A stretch of 64,000 nucleotides of DNA, from NCBI RefSeq assembly GCF_902713615.1, contig NW_024056036.1:310001-374000 (forward strand), in the 5' to 3' direction. The notes beneath the pieces are model-generated. The model was not told the origin of the DNA and did no database searches. It saw only the letters and a list, made by a program, of their open reading frames with translations. A program made the position numbers and the translations under genes. Shown here one piece after another: positions 38,600 to 50,384 of this stretch (the stretch's first letter is position 1; every line of letters starts with the position of its first letter). Source of the DNA: Scyliorhinus canicula. Lineage: Eukaryota.

Positions 38600-39075
38600 C
38601 TGGGCCTAGTGCAATAAACTAAGGGAATGGAATAGTTGTAATTGTGTAACATAAACAAAGGACCATGAGATAAATAACTGAGACAGAAGCTAATGTTACA
38701 GCAACATTCATTCTCTTCACAGCAGGCACACAGTAGCTGCATTGTGTAACATCGACGGGATGCACTGCAGCAACTCGCCAAGATTTCTTCAACAGCATCT
38801 TCCATACCCGAGACCTCCGAGAATCACAAGGGCAACAAGGCACATGGGAACACAATACTCTGCATCCTCCTACACATACGAACTCTCTGGGTAGGAATTG
38901 GTCTTGGGCACCGGCAAAGAAGAAATGATATCTGAACTCGAATTCTGCTGACTGCACTGAAAATGAATATCAAATGCTGCAGAGCATACACTGTACACAC
39001 TGGACATCCGTTGCAGGTTGTTGCCATATACTGATTTATTGTCCAAAATATGTATCATATTATCTTTCCATCTCA
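38600..39075 (+). mobile_element. Old CR1/L2-group LINE 3' fragment
   Basis: Similar to 8850-9220. Confidence 0.55.
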
Positions 39076-39179
39076 AAGACATGTGGAATAATGCGCCCAC
39101 AGTTAAAAGCAGAGGCATCATCCAGTGGATTAATAAAAGTGAGCCGGTCTCGGAAAAAGTAGGCAGATTCAGGATCAAA

Positions 39180-39480
39180 TATAGAATCCCTACAAGGCAG
39201 AAGGCCGCTCGGCCCATAGGATCTGCACCAACCTCTGAAATATAACCCTCCTCAATCCCCCGCCCTTGCACCATGACCTATGCATCCTTGGACACTGAGG
39301 TGCAATTTCGAATGGCCAATCCACCTAACCTGCGCATATTTGGACTATGGGAGGAAACCGGAGCACACGGAGGAAAGCCACGCAGACACAGGGGAAAAGT
39401 AAAAACTCCACACAGATAGTCAGGAATTGAACCCGGGCACTATGAGGCAGCAGTGCTACCCACTATGCCACCATGCCGCC
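39180..39480 (-). mobile_element. tRNA-derived SINE (diverged)
   Basis: SINE core gtttcctcc...ccacagtccaaa...ggtggattggcc on the - strand. Confidence 0.82.
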
Positions 39481-39984
39481 GATGGCATAAGCAGAGATTG
39501 GGTCTAGTGCAATATAATCTGAGTTCTGGTTGAGGTGAGTGTGGTCTGATACAAATCGAGACATGATCAATGCAGCAATAAGAGGGATATCGTAAAATAC
39601 AAGAGTAACAGAGGCAGGGTCTAGTGTTATATAAACAGGGGTATGGACATGTGCAGCATTAACTAAAGCAGGATTGAGTTTATTGGAATTTAACTATCTA
39701 GTCGAGTAAAAACTGAGACCGAACAACTTGTGATGCAAACAGAATGTTGTTCCAGTTACGGTGCACAGATAAACGTTCTGATGCTGTAACCATTGTGACG
39801 TGTTTCTTACCAGACTAACCAAGACATGGGTCAGTGCGTCATAATTAAGGATTTGTAACATAAACTGGGTGTGAGCCGCGTAGATTAACAACTGATATTC
39901 AGCCGAGTGCAGGAAAACTGAGGCAGGACCTGCTGTAATGTGTTCGAGTCATGGCCGAGTGTAATGTAAACAGAGGCGGGGGCT

Positions 39985-41390
39985 AGGTGAATGTAAGCAG
40001 AGAAATGATATGTCTGAAATGATTTAATGGGATCTTGGAGTCGCCAGTAACGTCAACATTTGCTGTCAATTCCACATTCCCCTTGAGAATGTGGCGTTGA
40101 GCCCTCTTATTGAACCATTGCACTCCATACTGAGTACGTACACCCACAGAGCTGACAGAAAGGGAGTTCCAGGATTTTGACCAGTGACAGTGAAGGAACA
40201 GAGACATAGTTCCCATCAAGGTGGTGTGAGGCCTGGTGGGTAACTTGCAGGTCCTGCTGTTACAGTGCATCTGCCGGGCCTGGTCCTTTTAGATGGCTGA
40301 GTTCCTGTGTTGGAAGGTGCTATAGAAGGAGGCAGTTGCTGCATTAGATCCTTGTGCGTCGTTCAAGCTACTAGAATTGTGCACCCGTGATGCAGGGAGA
40401 GAATGTTTAAGTTGGTGGATGGGGTGTTCGTCGAGCCGGCTGTTCTGCCCTGGATGGCGTCGAGATCTCACGTGTTGCTTGAGGGGCCCACGTGAGACCA
40501 ATGGAGAATATTCAGTCAAACTCCTGACTTCTGCCGTATAGATGATGGATGGGGGTTGGGAAGTCACGAGGTGAGTTAGTCACCGCAGAATTTCCAGCCA
40601 CTGACCTGCTCCTGTAGCCACATTTTTAAAATGTAAAGTTTTTGATCAATGATAATCCCTAGGGTATTGATAGTGGGGGATTAAATCACGGTGGTATAAT
40701 TTTAAATCTACGAGAGACGGTTAGAAGCTTTTTGGGATGGTCATTGCCTGACACTTGCCAGCCCAAGCCTGTATGTTGTCCAAGTCTTGCTGCACTTGAA
40801 GACAAACTGCTTCAGTATTTGAGGAGTCGAATATGGTGCAGAACATTGGGTAATCACCAGCTAACATCCTCACTTCTGACCTTACGATGAAGGGCGAAGC
40901 TTGGGCCGGGGACACTGTCCGAGGACACTATACGTTACTGGATGATCCTTCACACTTTTTATAAAGTTGCTGATGATCAAATGCGCAGTGATAGGGACAT
41001 AATTGGCTGGGTTGTGAACGGGTCATGTTTGGTAATGTTGCACATTGTTGGGTACATGCCAGTGCTGTATCTGCACTGGAGCAAGTTGCCTGGGGTGCAG
41101 CCAGTTCTGGATCACAAACCTTCAGCATTGTTGCTATAATGTTGCCAGGGCTAATAACGTTTGCAGCGCTGTCAGTCGTTTCTTGATACCGTGTGGAGGA
41201 ATCAAATGACATCCACGATGATGCAGACAACCGGAGTAGGCCGCCTCTGGCAGAAACTTTCAGTCTTGTTTTTTGCACTGACGTGCTGGCTCCACCGTCA
41301 TTGAGGAGGGGGATTTTATTGAGGCTCCTGCTCCGGTTATTTGCTTAATTATTCATTACTATTCAGGACTGGATGTGGGTGAACAGCAAA
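39985..41390 (-). mobile_element. Old CR1/L2-group LINE RT relic
   Basis: ORF 40721-40915 SEVRMLAGD...QQDLDNIQAWAGKCQ (decayed FADD region); many stops. Confidence 0.7.
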
Positions 41391-42730
41391 GGTAGATCCT
41401 ATCGATTGAAAATAGGATCACGGTGATTGTAAATATTGACATGTACCGGTGCAGTATTAATTGAAACAGAGTGTCGTGTAATGTAAACAGAGGCAGAGTC
41501 TAGTCTAACAAAAATACAGATGGAGCCCAAATTAAAATTAACAGAGACGGAGATTAGTGCCGTAATTATTGGGGCAATGTCTGCTTCATGTAATGGCAAG
41601 TATCTCAATTTATATTCCATCTGCTGGCCAAATTTTGCAATTGCAGTTACTGTGAAAATGTTGCTGTCAGGTATGATCCATGATGTTGATGGATCAATCA
41701 TTCATTTCCACAAATGTAATAGCACATCGCCTTCTGCGGAGCTGCTATAATCTAAGGTTTAACTCATTGCAGGTGTTGGTGGCTAATTCTTGCGCAGTGA
41801 GGTCAGCACCAGAGCAAAGCGGCTCAATCCCTGGCCGCGGGTTTTTTTTCATGTTTGTTAAATGGAGGAGTGTTTCCTGGGCCCTGTATGGAGTCCATAG
41901 GAAATTTAACATTCAACTTAACGTACATGATGTTGGGGCGAATTTGTTGGTTCATTATACCAGCTGAAAGACGGTCGCGTCATTGTCTCCAAAGCCTCCA
42001 AGGAAGTTAAGATGGGATCTTAAATTGAAAGGGAAATGTGGGTGTGCATGTAAGGCAGAGAGAATGCATGTGTGAGAGACTGTGTGTGTGTGTTTCGCTG
42101 TGTGTGTGTGTGAAAGCGAATTTTTGCGTCTCTTTGTGTGAAGCACATCATGTTGTGTACAACTGAATTTCACTGAAGTCACAGGCATCCTTCTAATTCC
42201 AACAGATACACAACAAATATCCACTGATTTTGACACAAGTGTTGCAGATGAAGCTCCCAATTGTCGTTCTGCGTTTTCATAATCTCGATTTGTGTCGATT
42301 TCAAAGCTGCTAAATCCACTGGTCCTGGTGGCTCACACCGGCCCACCGGAAGTGTCGTCATTTTTTCAGTTTGCTGCTGGTGACACCCAATTTTAAGGTT
42401 TAGGGACATTATGTCAAACTTAGAAGAAACCTTGAAGTGGAATATCTGGCTTCCCACTGGTTGCGTGGCTCCGGCTGCTTCGCGAAGTGGAAATTCCTTG
42501 GTCATGTGACCATCTTCCATTGAGGGACCACACGATAACAGTGCAAACCACCTCTTTCTGATTGTTTTGAAGGGACTTGGAAGCTCTGTCTTTGAGAGCA
42601 ATGCCGCATTTCTGATTTAGTCCCACCAGTAAATATCCATAATGCACTGCGGACAACAAAGATGACATTTTTTGAGCTATTTTTCTTGACTGCTGCAAGT
42701 GTTCCTTGTTTCACAGACACACAACAAGAT

Positions 42731-43070
42731 TCATAGAATCATAGAATTTACAGTGCAAAAGGAAGCCATTCGGCCCATCAAGTCCCTTGGAGAGAGCATC
42801 CTACCTAACCCGTACCTCCACCCTATCCCCACATCTCCACCCTATCTCCGTAACCCCATCTGACCTTTTTTGGATACTAATAGCCATTTAGCATAGCCAA
42901 TCCACCTGTCCAGCACATCTTTGGACTGTGGTAGGAAACCGGAGCAGCTGGAGGAACCCACGCAGATACGGGGAGAATGTGCAGACTCCGCACAAACAGT
43001 GACCCAATGTGGAAATCGAACCGGGGACCCTGAAGCTGTGAAGCAACTGTGCTAACCATTGTACGACCTT
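42731..43070 (-). mobile_element. tRNA-derived SINE
   Basis: SINE head, core and tctatga-type tail on the - strand. Confidence 0.87.
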
Positions 43071-43522
43071 GTTGACCTAAGGTTCTGAGAGTTTAGGCCT
43101 TATAAACCATCAGCTCGTTCCAAAGCTTGATGTTATTCCATGGACATTTTTCTGAGTCAAACAAAGGTAGTACCTGCTTTCCCTATGTCAGCATCAAGTT
43201 CTACATCAAGGCAGTCTTTCAACATTAAAACTTGGGAGCAGAATCTGCTCACTGGCTCTTAATTAGTGTGGCCATTGACGAAAGTGCAACACCTTGTCCC
43301 AAGACCACTGTTTTCCTCATGCTTGTGGTCAGAGTCCATGAGTCTCTGCAGATGATGCTTTGTTTGGATGATCCAATTTTCAACGTAGAGGAATTCTCTG
43401 ATGAGGATGTATTGTGATTATGGCTCAGTTTTCATGACTGAGAGGTTGCAGAGGTTGCAGCCTGACCGAGTGTGCTAGTGGATTTCATCCTTATCTTCAG
43501 GGAAGGCGAGATCAGCAGCTTA

Positions 43523-43887
43523 GATCATAGAATTTACAGATCATAGAATTTACAGTGCAGAAGGAGGCCATTCAGCCCATCGAGTCTGCATCGGCTCTTG
43601 GAAAGAGCACCCTAACCAAGGTCAACACCTCCACCCTATCCCCATATCCCAGTAACCCTACCCGACACTAAGGGCAATTTTGGACACTAAGGGTAATTTA
43701 TCATGGCCAATCCACCTAACCTGCACATCTTTGGACTGTGGGAGGAAACCGGAGCACCCGGAGGAAACCCACGCACACACAGGGAGGATGTGCAGACTCC
43801 GCACAGACAGTGACCCAAGCCGGAATCGAACCTGGGACCCTAGAGCTGTGAAGCGATTGTGCTATCCACAATGCTACCGTGCTGCCC
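43523..43887 (-). mobile_element. tRNA-derived SINE (same subfamily as 9867-10236)
   Basis: Near-identical to the 9867-10236 subfamily. Confidence 0.92.
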
Positions 43888-44499
43888 TAGACCTTGAAGA
43901 GGAAGGTCCTGAATAGAGTTGGGTCAATGACACAGTCCTCTTTCACTCAACTATTCACTTAGAATCTGTCGGAAGTGGAATCATCAATCTGTGCAATACA
44001 GTGCATTCTGGCATGGAAGAAGTGAATGAGACAGGGGAGCTTTAGCAGACAGCCAATTATCCACAAATCTTATAGTCCCTCCTCTGCTGATGGTGTTGAA
44101 TGTTTATTTTGATTGATGTAAGTAAGGTGAAGAGGCAGAGGGAGCAGATCATGTCCAGAGTAAATCTTGCGACACAAACACCACACCGTGCTTCCAGCTA
44201 TATTCGGTCTGCAAGCAGATGAAGTGTTTAAAGTGTGAAGCCAGCAAAGGCCTTTCCAGTGCTGCTATGAGTGAGATATGTCAATAGTTGCTGCAGTTTC
44301 CTCTGTCCACTTTGTTTTCAGATATTGGTTATGATTTTGCTTCATGAATCTCCTGTGGGATGGTTTATATCTTCCAGCAGATAAGAAGGTCACAAATGTT
44401 CAGAAACATAGTAATTATATTCATCAATCTTCATTCAATTGTGAATATAAATAATTAACTTCACCAATTATGTAGTTTCACAAAAATTGGTACAGTTTT

Positions 44500-45400
44500 A
44501 AATTAAGTTATATGGTGCGGGTGTCGCTAGCTAGGCCATGATTTATTGTCCATCACTAATTGTCTTTCACAAAGTGGTGGTGCCCTACCTATTTAAACCT
44601 CCACAGTCACTCTGGTGTCGGTACACCGATGGTGCTGTTAGGGAGGGAGTTCTAGTCGTTTGAACTAGCGACAGCGAAAATTATGCGATATATTTCCAAG
44701 TCAGGATAGTGAGTGAGTTGGAGGGGAATTTCCAGGTGGTGACCTTCCCATGTGTCAGCTGCCTTTTCCTTCTAGAAGGTAATGTGCCACGGTTGAGAAG
44801 GCTTTTCAAATGAGGCTTGATGGGTTTCTGCGGTGCATCTTGCGGATGGGACATTATTGTCATTGTTCATCGGTAGTGGATGGAACCTTGCCTCGCACAT
44901 CTCCTCTAAACTTTGCCCCACGGACCTTAAACCTATGCTCCCTGGTGACAGACCTCTCCACGCTGGAAATGCGTTCCTGCCCATCCATTCTATCCATGTC
45001 CCTCATAAGAGTGTTTGCACATAGGATGACAATCAAACGGGCTGCTTTGGCCTGGATGGTGTCAAGCTTTTTCAATGTTGTTGGAGCTGCACCCAGCCAG
45101 GCAACTGGAGAGTATTCAATTACACTCCTGACTTGTGCCTTGTAGATGGTGAACAGGCTTTGGGAGTCAGGAGGTGAGTTGCTCGCCGCAGGCTTCTTAG
45201 ACCCTGACCAGATCATGTCGCCTCAGCATTTATATGGTCATTCCAGGACAGCTTCTGGTCAATGGTAACCCCAGGGTATTGATAATGGAGTATTCAGCGA
45301 TAGCAATATCACTGAATGTTAGGGAGAGTTTGTTAGATTCTATTTTGCTGAAGATGGTCATTCTTTAGGACTTCCGTGGCGAATGTCACCAATTGTCACA
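44500..45400 (-). mobile_element. Old CR1/L2-group LINE relic with a nested CR1 fragment (~44880-45010)
   Basis: ORF 44860-45216 IYKAQVRSVIEYSP.AW.GAAPTTLKKLDTIQAKAARLI fused to a CR1 segment HRFKVRGAKFRGDVRG. Confidence 0.7.
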
Positions 45401-48400
45401 ATTCACAAAGTTAAATAATTATATTAATCAATTATGATCAACTCACAACATAAATAGTTGCATTCACCAATTACTTTCGGCATTTGGTTTTACAAAATGT
45501 AAATGCAATTCATTTAAGGGAGGTGGCTTTGAGACCAGGAAGAGATCAGCCATGATGATTGAATGGCGGAGCAGGCTCAAAGGGCTGAATTTCCGAATTC
45601 TGCTCCTAATTCCTATGTTCCTATAATTTATTGAGATTAAACTTCATTGAGATAGCATTGACCATTCTGTCACCAACAAGTAACATCTGCATCAGAATTC
45701 AGTGTGAAATGGAATTAAACCACACCGAGGATAATGTGCAGCTACCCAGCAGCCTCTGCGCTGTATTGGTCAGTAATCACCTCATCGTCAAACAGAATCG
45801 CCAGACTGGAGTGTGAGATAATTTTTGAAGTGTCGGTAAAAATTAAAATACCTGTACCTTATGTGACGTTAATGAATCCTTAAATCCCGATTTGTTATTA
45901 CACTGTTTTGGAAAGTAATTCAACGTCTGCAGCTGTCCACTGAGATTTACAGGATTTCTGTTTTCAGTCTGGTGTCTTCATTAATTTGGGTTGGGACATC
46001 TGGAGTGAATTATTGTACATGAAATGACCTCATGCCCACAATATTCCACCCGTCCATCCTCACTGTAATCATGTTCCCGCTTTCTGTCTTTGAGATGAAG
46101 ATTCACCATCAGCGGAGAAGAATCGCCAGGACCGCAGGAATATCTCCAGTTTCCTCTTAGTGACGTCCAGCTCGTCAGTTCCCGATAGTCTGGGGATGGA
46201 ACTCACCCAGAAAAACTGGAACCACCGAATTTATTAGACTGCCACAAATTATGAAGGACCTGCTTTAATTTATCAAGCGCAAAATTAAGAATGTAGAACA
46301 ACATCTTTCAGACCATCTATCCATGCATCCGTCAACCACATTCATTACTTCCTTAATAAAAAATATTCAGGCAGACAACCAACATCCATCCCTACATAAA
46401 CATAGTCATCCCTTTATCTTTTGGCAGGTGGTGGTGTAGTATTAATGTTATTGTACCAGTAATCCAAAGGCCCAGGCTAATTCTGTGGTGACTCAGGTAC
46501 AAATCCCACTATGGTCAGTGGTGGAGTTCAATTAATAAATCTGGAATACATACTAATGGTGACCATGATATCCCCTCTGCATCATCAATGAAGGAAATCT
46601 GACATCCCTCCCTGGTCTCACCTACACGTGGCTCCAGTCAGACAGCAACATGTCTGACTCTTCAGTTCCTTCTGAGCTGGCCCACTCAGTTCAACAGCAA
46701 TTAGGGACAGGGAACACATGGTGGGCTTGCCAGTGAGTCCCACATTCCATGGAAGAATAAAGGGAAAAAAACATAAATGCACATGTTTATCTATTACAAA
46801 ATGTATCCCCTGTCTGATAGTCTGATTGTATTTCTATCCATCATCACAATGTTATGAGGTGTGGGAGAGATCCTCCAGCCGGTTAGTGTTGTTAAGAGAG
46901 GCTAGAAAATCTGGATAACTCTCCTTTCCTTAGAGATGGGAACAGTTCAAATAAGTTCGCAATTTTAAACATAAAATGATCTTCAGTACTGTTGCTGGGT
47001 AGATTTGTTTATAAATAGTTCTCATTGATAATGTTAAGAGTTTGAAGTTGGCTTGCAGCCAAGCGGTCAGTACTGAGCCAACAGATCTCTGAAAAAAAAT
47101 ACAGATGCTTCCTGTAAACAACATTGAACATTCGAGCCTCCCTGACTGCAGGCGGCTGGATTGCTGCCAAATACTGTGTGGGGCAGATTAACCTGAATAT
47201 GAATGGACACAATGGGATTTATCCATTCAAACAATAAATGTTTCAGTCCCACATGAAGTAAACGTTTTGAATGATGTTCCATGCAAAGAAATATATTCAG
47301 TGAATGTTCTGTTCACAATGACATTAAACACAATCGTAAAATAGTAACCTGACCAGACTGCTAATTAATTTATATTAGTTCTGAGTAAAGGTCACTCTAG
47401 TTATTAATGTCCGTTTGTTAAGAACCTAATGAAGTGAGAGTGAGTGGTGTTGATGGACCCAATCCACAAGTTCAATGAGATGACTTCAATTACAAAAAAT
47501 AAAATAAAATGAATTAAAAATAAATAAACTGCATTGAATTCGCTGGGAAACCTGGAATATTCTCCGAATTCTTGATCTCCTTTAAACGGCGTCTTCTCTT
47601 ATACCCGATTAACACCGTGTTATGTACAGTTTAATTTGTCTGGATTTCAATTGTTCAACAGTCCCTCTTATTGCTGCCAATGAGTGAGAATTGACCCGTC
47701 CATGACCTGCTTTAGTGGAGAATAAAACATTTATTCCTGTGATATTGTGTAATATGCCGCAAAGTCCTGATATCCTGTGTTCCCAACACCAGTGAATGTT
47801 AGACAGCCGCTGGTCAGTAAAATTAGCGGCAATGGTTTGGATGCTGAAGGATAACTTTGCTGATCACCGTGTCCGTTCCGATTCATTAACTTCTCTGTCA
47901 AAAGCTGATGTTAATTTTATGTTTCGCTGTCAACTCACTGCTGAATTATCAGGCAAGCGCTTCTTTTACCGCTAATGTTCACAGGACTGTCTGAGGCTCA
48001 GGGGCAAATCGAGAAATGTAAAGAGAGACATTGTATAACGTGAGGAGTTTCTTCTTGTCGACAGATCCACATTGTACAGTGATAGCCACCCCCCCCCCCC
48101 CCCCAGCAAATTTAACACGCCATTCATTCCCTCATTTAGTTACATTTCGTCTGATGAATTATATTTTATTGTTGCAATGGGATAGAGTCCCGGAGTGTTG
48201 CAAATCTGACTGACAGACGATTTGTTCCCTGATAATGTAATTTAATCTGTTTAGGTTCAGCCCCTGATATTGGAGTGTGGAAATAAAGAGACTGAATTTA
48301 CAATGGATTAGGTTTTTATTACCAGGTGGGCAAATGTAATTTCGCCATTAGGATTAGGAGAGACATTACAAATAATCCATTCAGACAAACAAATATCCCG

Positions 48401-48484
48401 ATACAGATAAATGTTTATTTTAATAATAACCTATAGTAAATCTCTGTGTCCATTCTGTTGGGGGTGTGGAAGGTGGGACGTGGA

Positions 48485-48558
48485 TCCAGGCGCCGCCTCC
48501 ACCAGGGAATCAACAGGCGGCGCCTGGAAAGCCGCCCCCTTCTGCCGGGTATTTAAAT
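48485..48558 (+). promoter_or_regulatory. Putative VH promoter: GC-rich 14-bp inverted repeat plus TATA-like box
   Basis: tccaggcgccgcct (48485-48498) / aggcggcgcctgga (48515-48528); tatttaaat at 48550-48558, ~90 bp before the leader ATG; no ATGCAAAT/ATTTGCAT seen in 48300-48650. Confidence 0.65.
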
Positions 48559-48648
48559 GCCGATCACTGGGACCCGAATCGAACAGTCCGGGAGCTGGTT
48601 TGTTCACTGAGTTCCTGACACAACCATTTCCCCCAAATGACCAGAAGG

Positions 48649-48694
48649 ATGAGGTGGGCCATTTCTCTCAGTTTGTTGCTGACTTTCTTATCCC
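48649..48694 (+). CDS. IGHV: IgH V leader exon (MRWAISLSLLLTFLS, phase-1 donor)
   Basis: ATG with A at -3, hydrophobic signal peptide, GTGAGT donor at 48695, 128-nt intron ending in ttttacAG at 48822; in-frame upstream ATG at 48637. Confidence 0.92.
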
Positions 48695-48822
48695 GTGAGT
48701 AGTTTTTATTGTCCAAGTCTCTCACTGTTACTGTCTCGGTGTTAGTCTCTCTCTGGAATGTTCCAGAGTCACCAATCATTTCACCAGCATTAATCCTCGG
48801 GCTTTTTGATATATTTTTACAG

Positions 48823-49127
48823 GTGTCCAGTCGGATGTTGTGTTGACTCAGCCAGAGGCAGAGACTGGACGTCCCGAAGGCTCCCTGACACTGACCTGCA
48901 AAACCAGCGGCTTCAATCTTGGCGGCTACAGCATGCACTGGGTCCGCCAGGTTCCCGGCCAGGGGCTGGAGTGGCTGGCTGCCTACTATACTTCATCCTA
49001 TCAGTACTACGCCTCAGCGATTCAAGGCCGATTCACCGCTTCCAAAGACCTTTCAAACAGCATCTTCTCTTTGGCCATGACGAACCTGAAGACCGAAGAC
49101 ACCGCCATCTATTACTGTGCTGGATAC
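48823..49127 (+). CDS. IGHV: Germline IgH V exon, shark IgM-type VH
   Basis: (R)[101 protein letters not shown]; both Cys, FR2 Trp and YYC are intact. IgM assignment is from recalled similarity to shark IgM VH frameworks. Confidence 0.95.
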
Positions 49128-49166
49128 CACAGCGAGAGGAACCAGGGCTGGACCCGCACAAGAACA
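49128..49166 (+). promoter_or_regulatory. V 3' recombination signal, 23-bp spacer
   Basis: CACAGCG + 23 nt + ACAAGAACA. Confidence 0.95.
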
Positions 49167-49518
49167 GCTCGAGAGGGAATTCAACAACGTCCATCGTAAC
49201 CTGAAGGTCAGTACTTGTTTTAAATGTAATGTTAATATCAGTGAACCAGATTCCAAGCTGTCCCCTACAAAATTAGTCTGGAGAAAATGTAATCGTAAAA
49301 TCAAACAAACCAACGTACTTAATGTGGTGAGACTTTAGCTAGTGTGTTTATCTTCTCTGATAACAGTTGTAGCAATGTCTAAATATAATGTTATCTTGAA
49401 TATGTCTGTTACACGGAGGAGATCTTTGTGAAATGTTGCATGAATTCTAAACGTGATCAGAATTACGCATCTATTTGAAGTGAATATTGAGCAGCAGGAT
49501 TGAACAGAGAGTGAGTGC

Positions 49519-49599
49519 AGTTTTTGTGCGGGTGTCTGTCACTGTGACTACATCAGTGGGTCACAGTGCTGTGCACAGCGACATCCTCATACAAAAACC
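49519..49599 (+). other. IGHD: IgH D1 segment (49547-49561, actacatcagtgggt) with 5' 12-RSS and 3' 22-RSS
   Basis: AGTTTTTGT-12-CACTGTG / D / CACAGTG-22-ACAAAAACC; all three forward frames are open (TTSVG, LHQW, YISG). Confidence 0.95.
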
Positions 49600-49900
49600 T
49601 CAGTGATAGAGTTTGTTCAAATTGGTGTCAGCACCACAGCAGATTGTCAAAGAAAACGCAACTTAAATCAAATAATAGGTGAAAGTACCATTGCTGTAAA
49701 AAAAACATTAAAATCTTCATTTCATTAGTATTATTGATCATATTATATCAGGGGTATTAAAAGTATCCCAACTCCTTTTACGATTAGAACAACCAGTCTA
49801 GGTTGAAATATCTCACTTGTTCACTGCTGGGCGATTCGGAATCACGTTTTTGAGTGAACAGTGAAATTAAATCTCTGTATTTTAGTTAACAGGCTGCCGC

Positions 49901-49968
49901 AGTATTTGACACGCTGTGTCTCACTGTGATACATGGGTGGCACAGCAGTTACTGTCAATACAAAAAGC
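49901..49968 (+). other. IGHD: IgH D2 segment (49929-49940, atacatgggtgg) with 12-RSS on both sides
   Basis: AGTATTTGA-12-CACTGTG / D / CACAGCA-12-ACAAAAAGC; forward frames IHGW, YMG and TWV are open. Confidence 0.93.
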
Positions 49969-50297
49969 CCCTCAGCACTAATTCACTGAGGCTGGCTCAG
50001 TGCTCGCTTTTACAATCCAACTTTATTTACGGTGAAATATTATTTATGTTCAAATCTGTCGAATGACATATTTCGATATTGATAATTATGCGATAATCAT
50101 CCAATAATCAGTAGAAGTTTTGAATGACATGCGCATGTGTTACTCTGTGATATATGAAACATTCGGGTCATTTGTGAAGTGTGAGCGATATCCACAATAT
50201 AATTATAATCACAGGAAGATCCATCGTGACTTTACTTTGCCTCTGGTTTGTGAATATTAAAAGTAATAGTGGATTTCTGTCTATTTTGTGCAGGTGC

Positions 50298-50336
50298 GGT
50301 TATTGTATGGAGCTGCCCAGGGAATGTGACACTGTG
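50298..50336 (+). promoter_or_regulatory. J 5' recombination signal, 23-bp spacer
   Basis: GGTTATTGT + 23 nt + CACTGTG. Confidence 0.94.
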
Positions 50337-50384
50337 ACATCTTGGGCTACTGGGGACAAGGCACCATGGTGACGGTGACTGCAG
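50337..50384 (+). CDS. IGHJ: IgH J segment (ILGYWGQGTMVTVTA)
   Basis: WGQG motif, open frame, phase-1 GTAAG donor at 50385. Confidence 0.95.

Larger units (their letters stand above)
42240..44000 (-). mobile_element. Decayed RTE-clade LINE RT C-terminus, split by two SINEs
   Basis: - strand reads LDVELDADIGKAGTTF.*LRKM...VYKA and LSKTELPS...KRWF...MEDGHMTKE..., matching the RTE pattern RIGKA..F..L...W / LRWLGHV.RMED.R.PK; upstream limit is approximate. Confidence 0.7.

Noticed and set aside
46099-46245. Possible VH pseudogene fragment (RFTISGEE...YLQ, and a tattag/ctgc resembling YYC)
   Set aside because: A stop codon lies immediately upstream, the spacing from RFT to the YYC-like sequence is ~130 nt versus 81 nt in the real V, and there is no first Cys, WxRQ motif or RSS. 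Likely chance.
48840-49199. ORF-track protein starting MLTQ and running on as ...[17 protein letters not shown]
   Set aside because: The start is a non-ATG call inside FR1 and the tail is read-through into the RSS; the true structure is leader exon plus V exon ending at 49127.
48823-50384. IgNAR, IgW, TCR or germline-joined assignment
   Set aside because: The V has a full FR2/CDR2 (not NAR), J has WGQG (not FGxG), frameworks look IgM-like, and all segments keep their RSSs, so it is not pre-joined. IgW cannot be fully excluded without the C exons.
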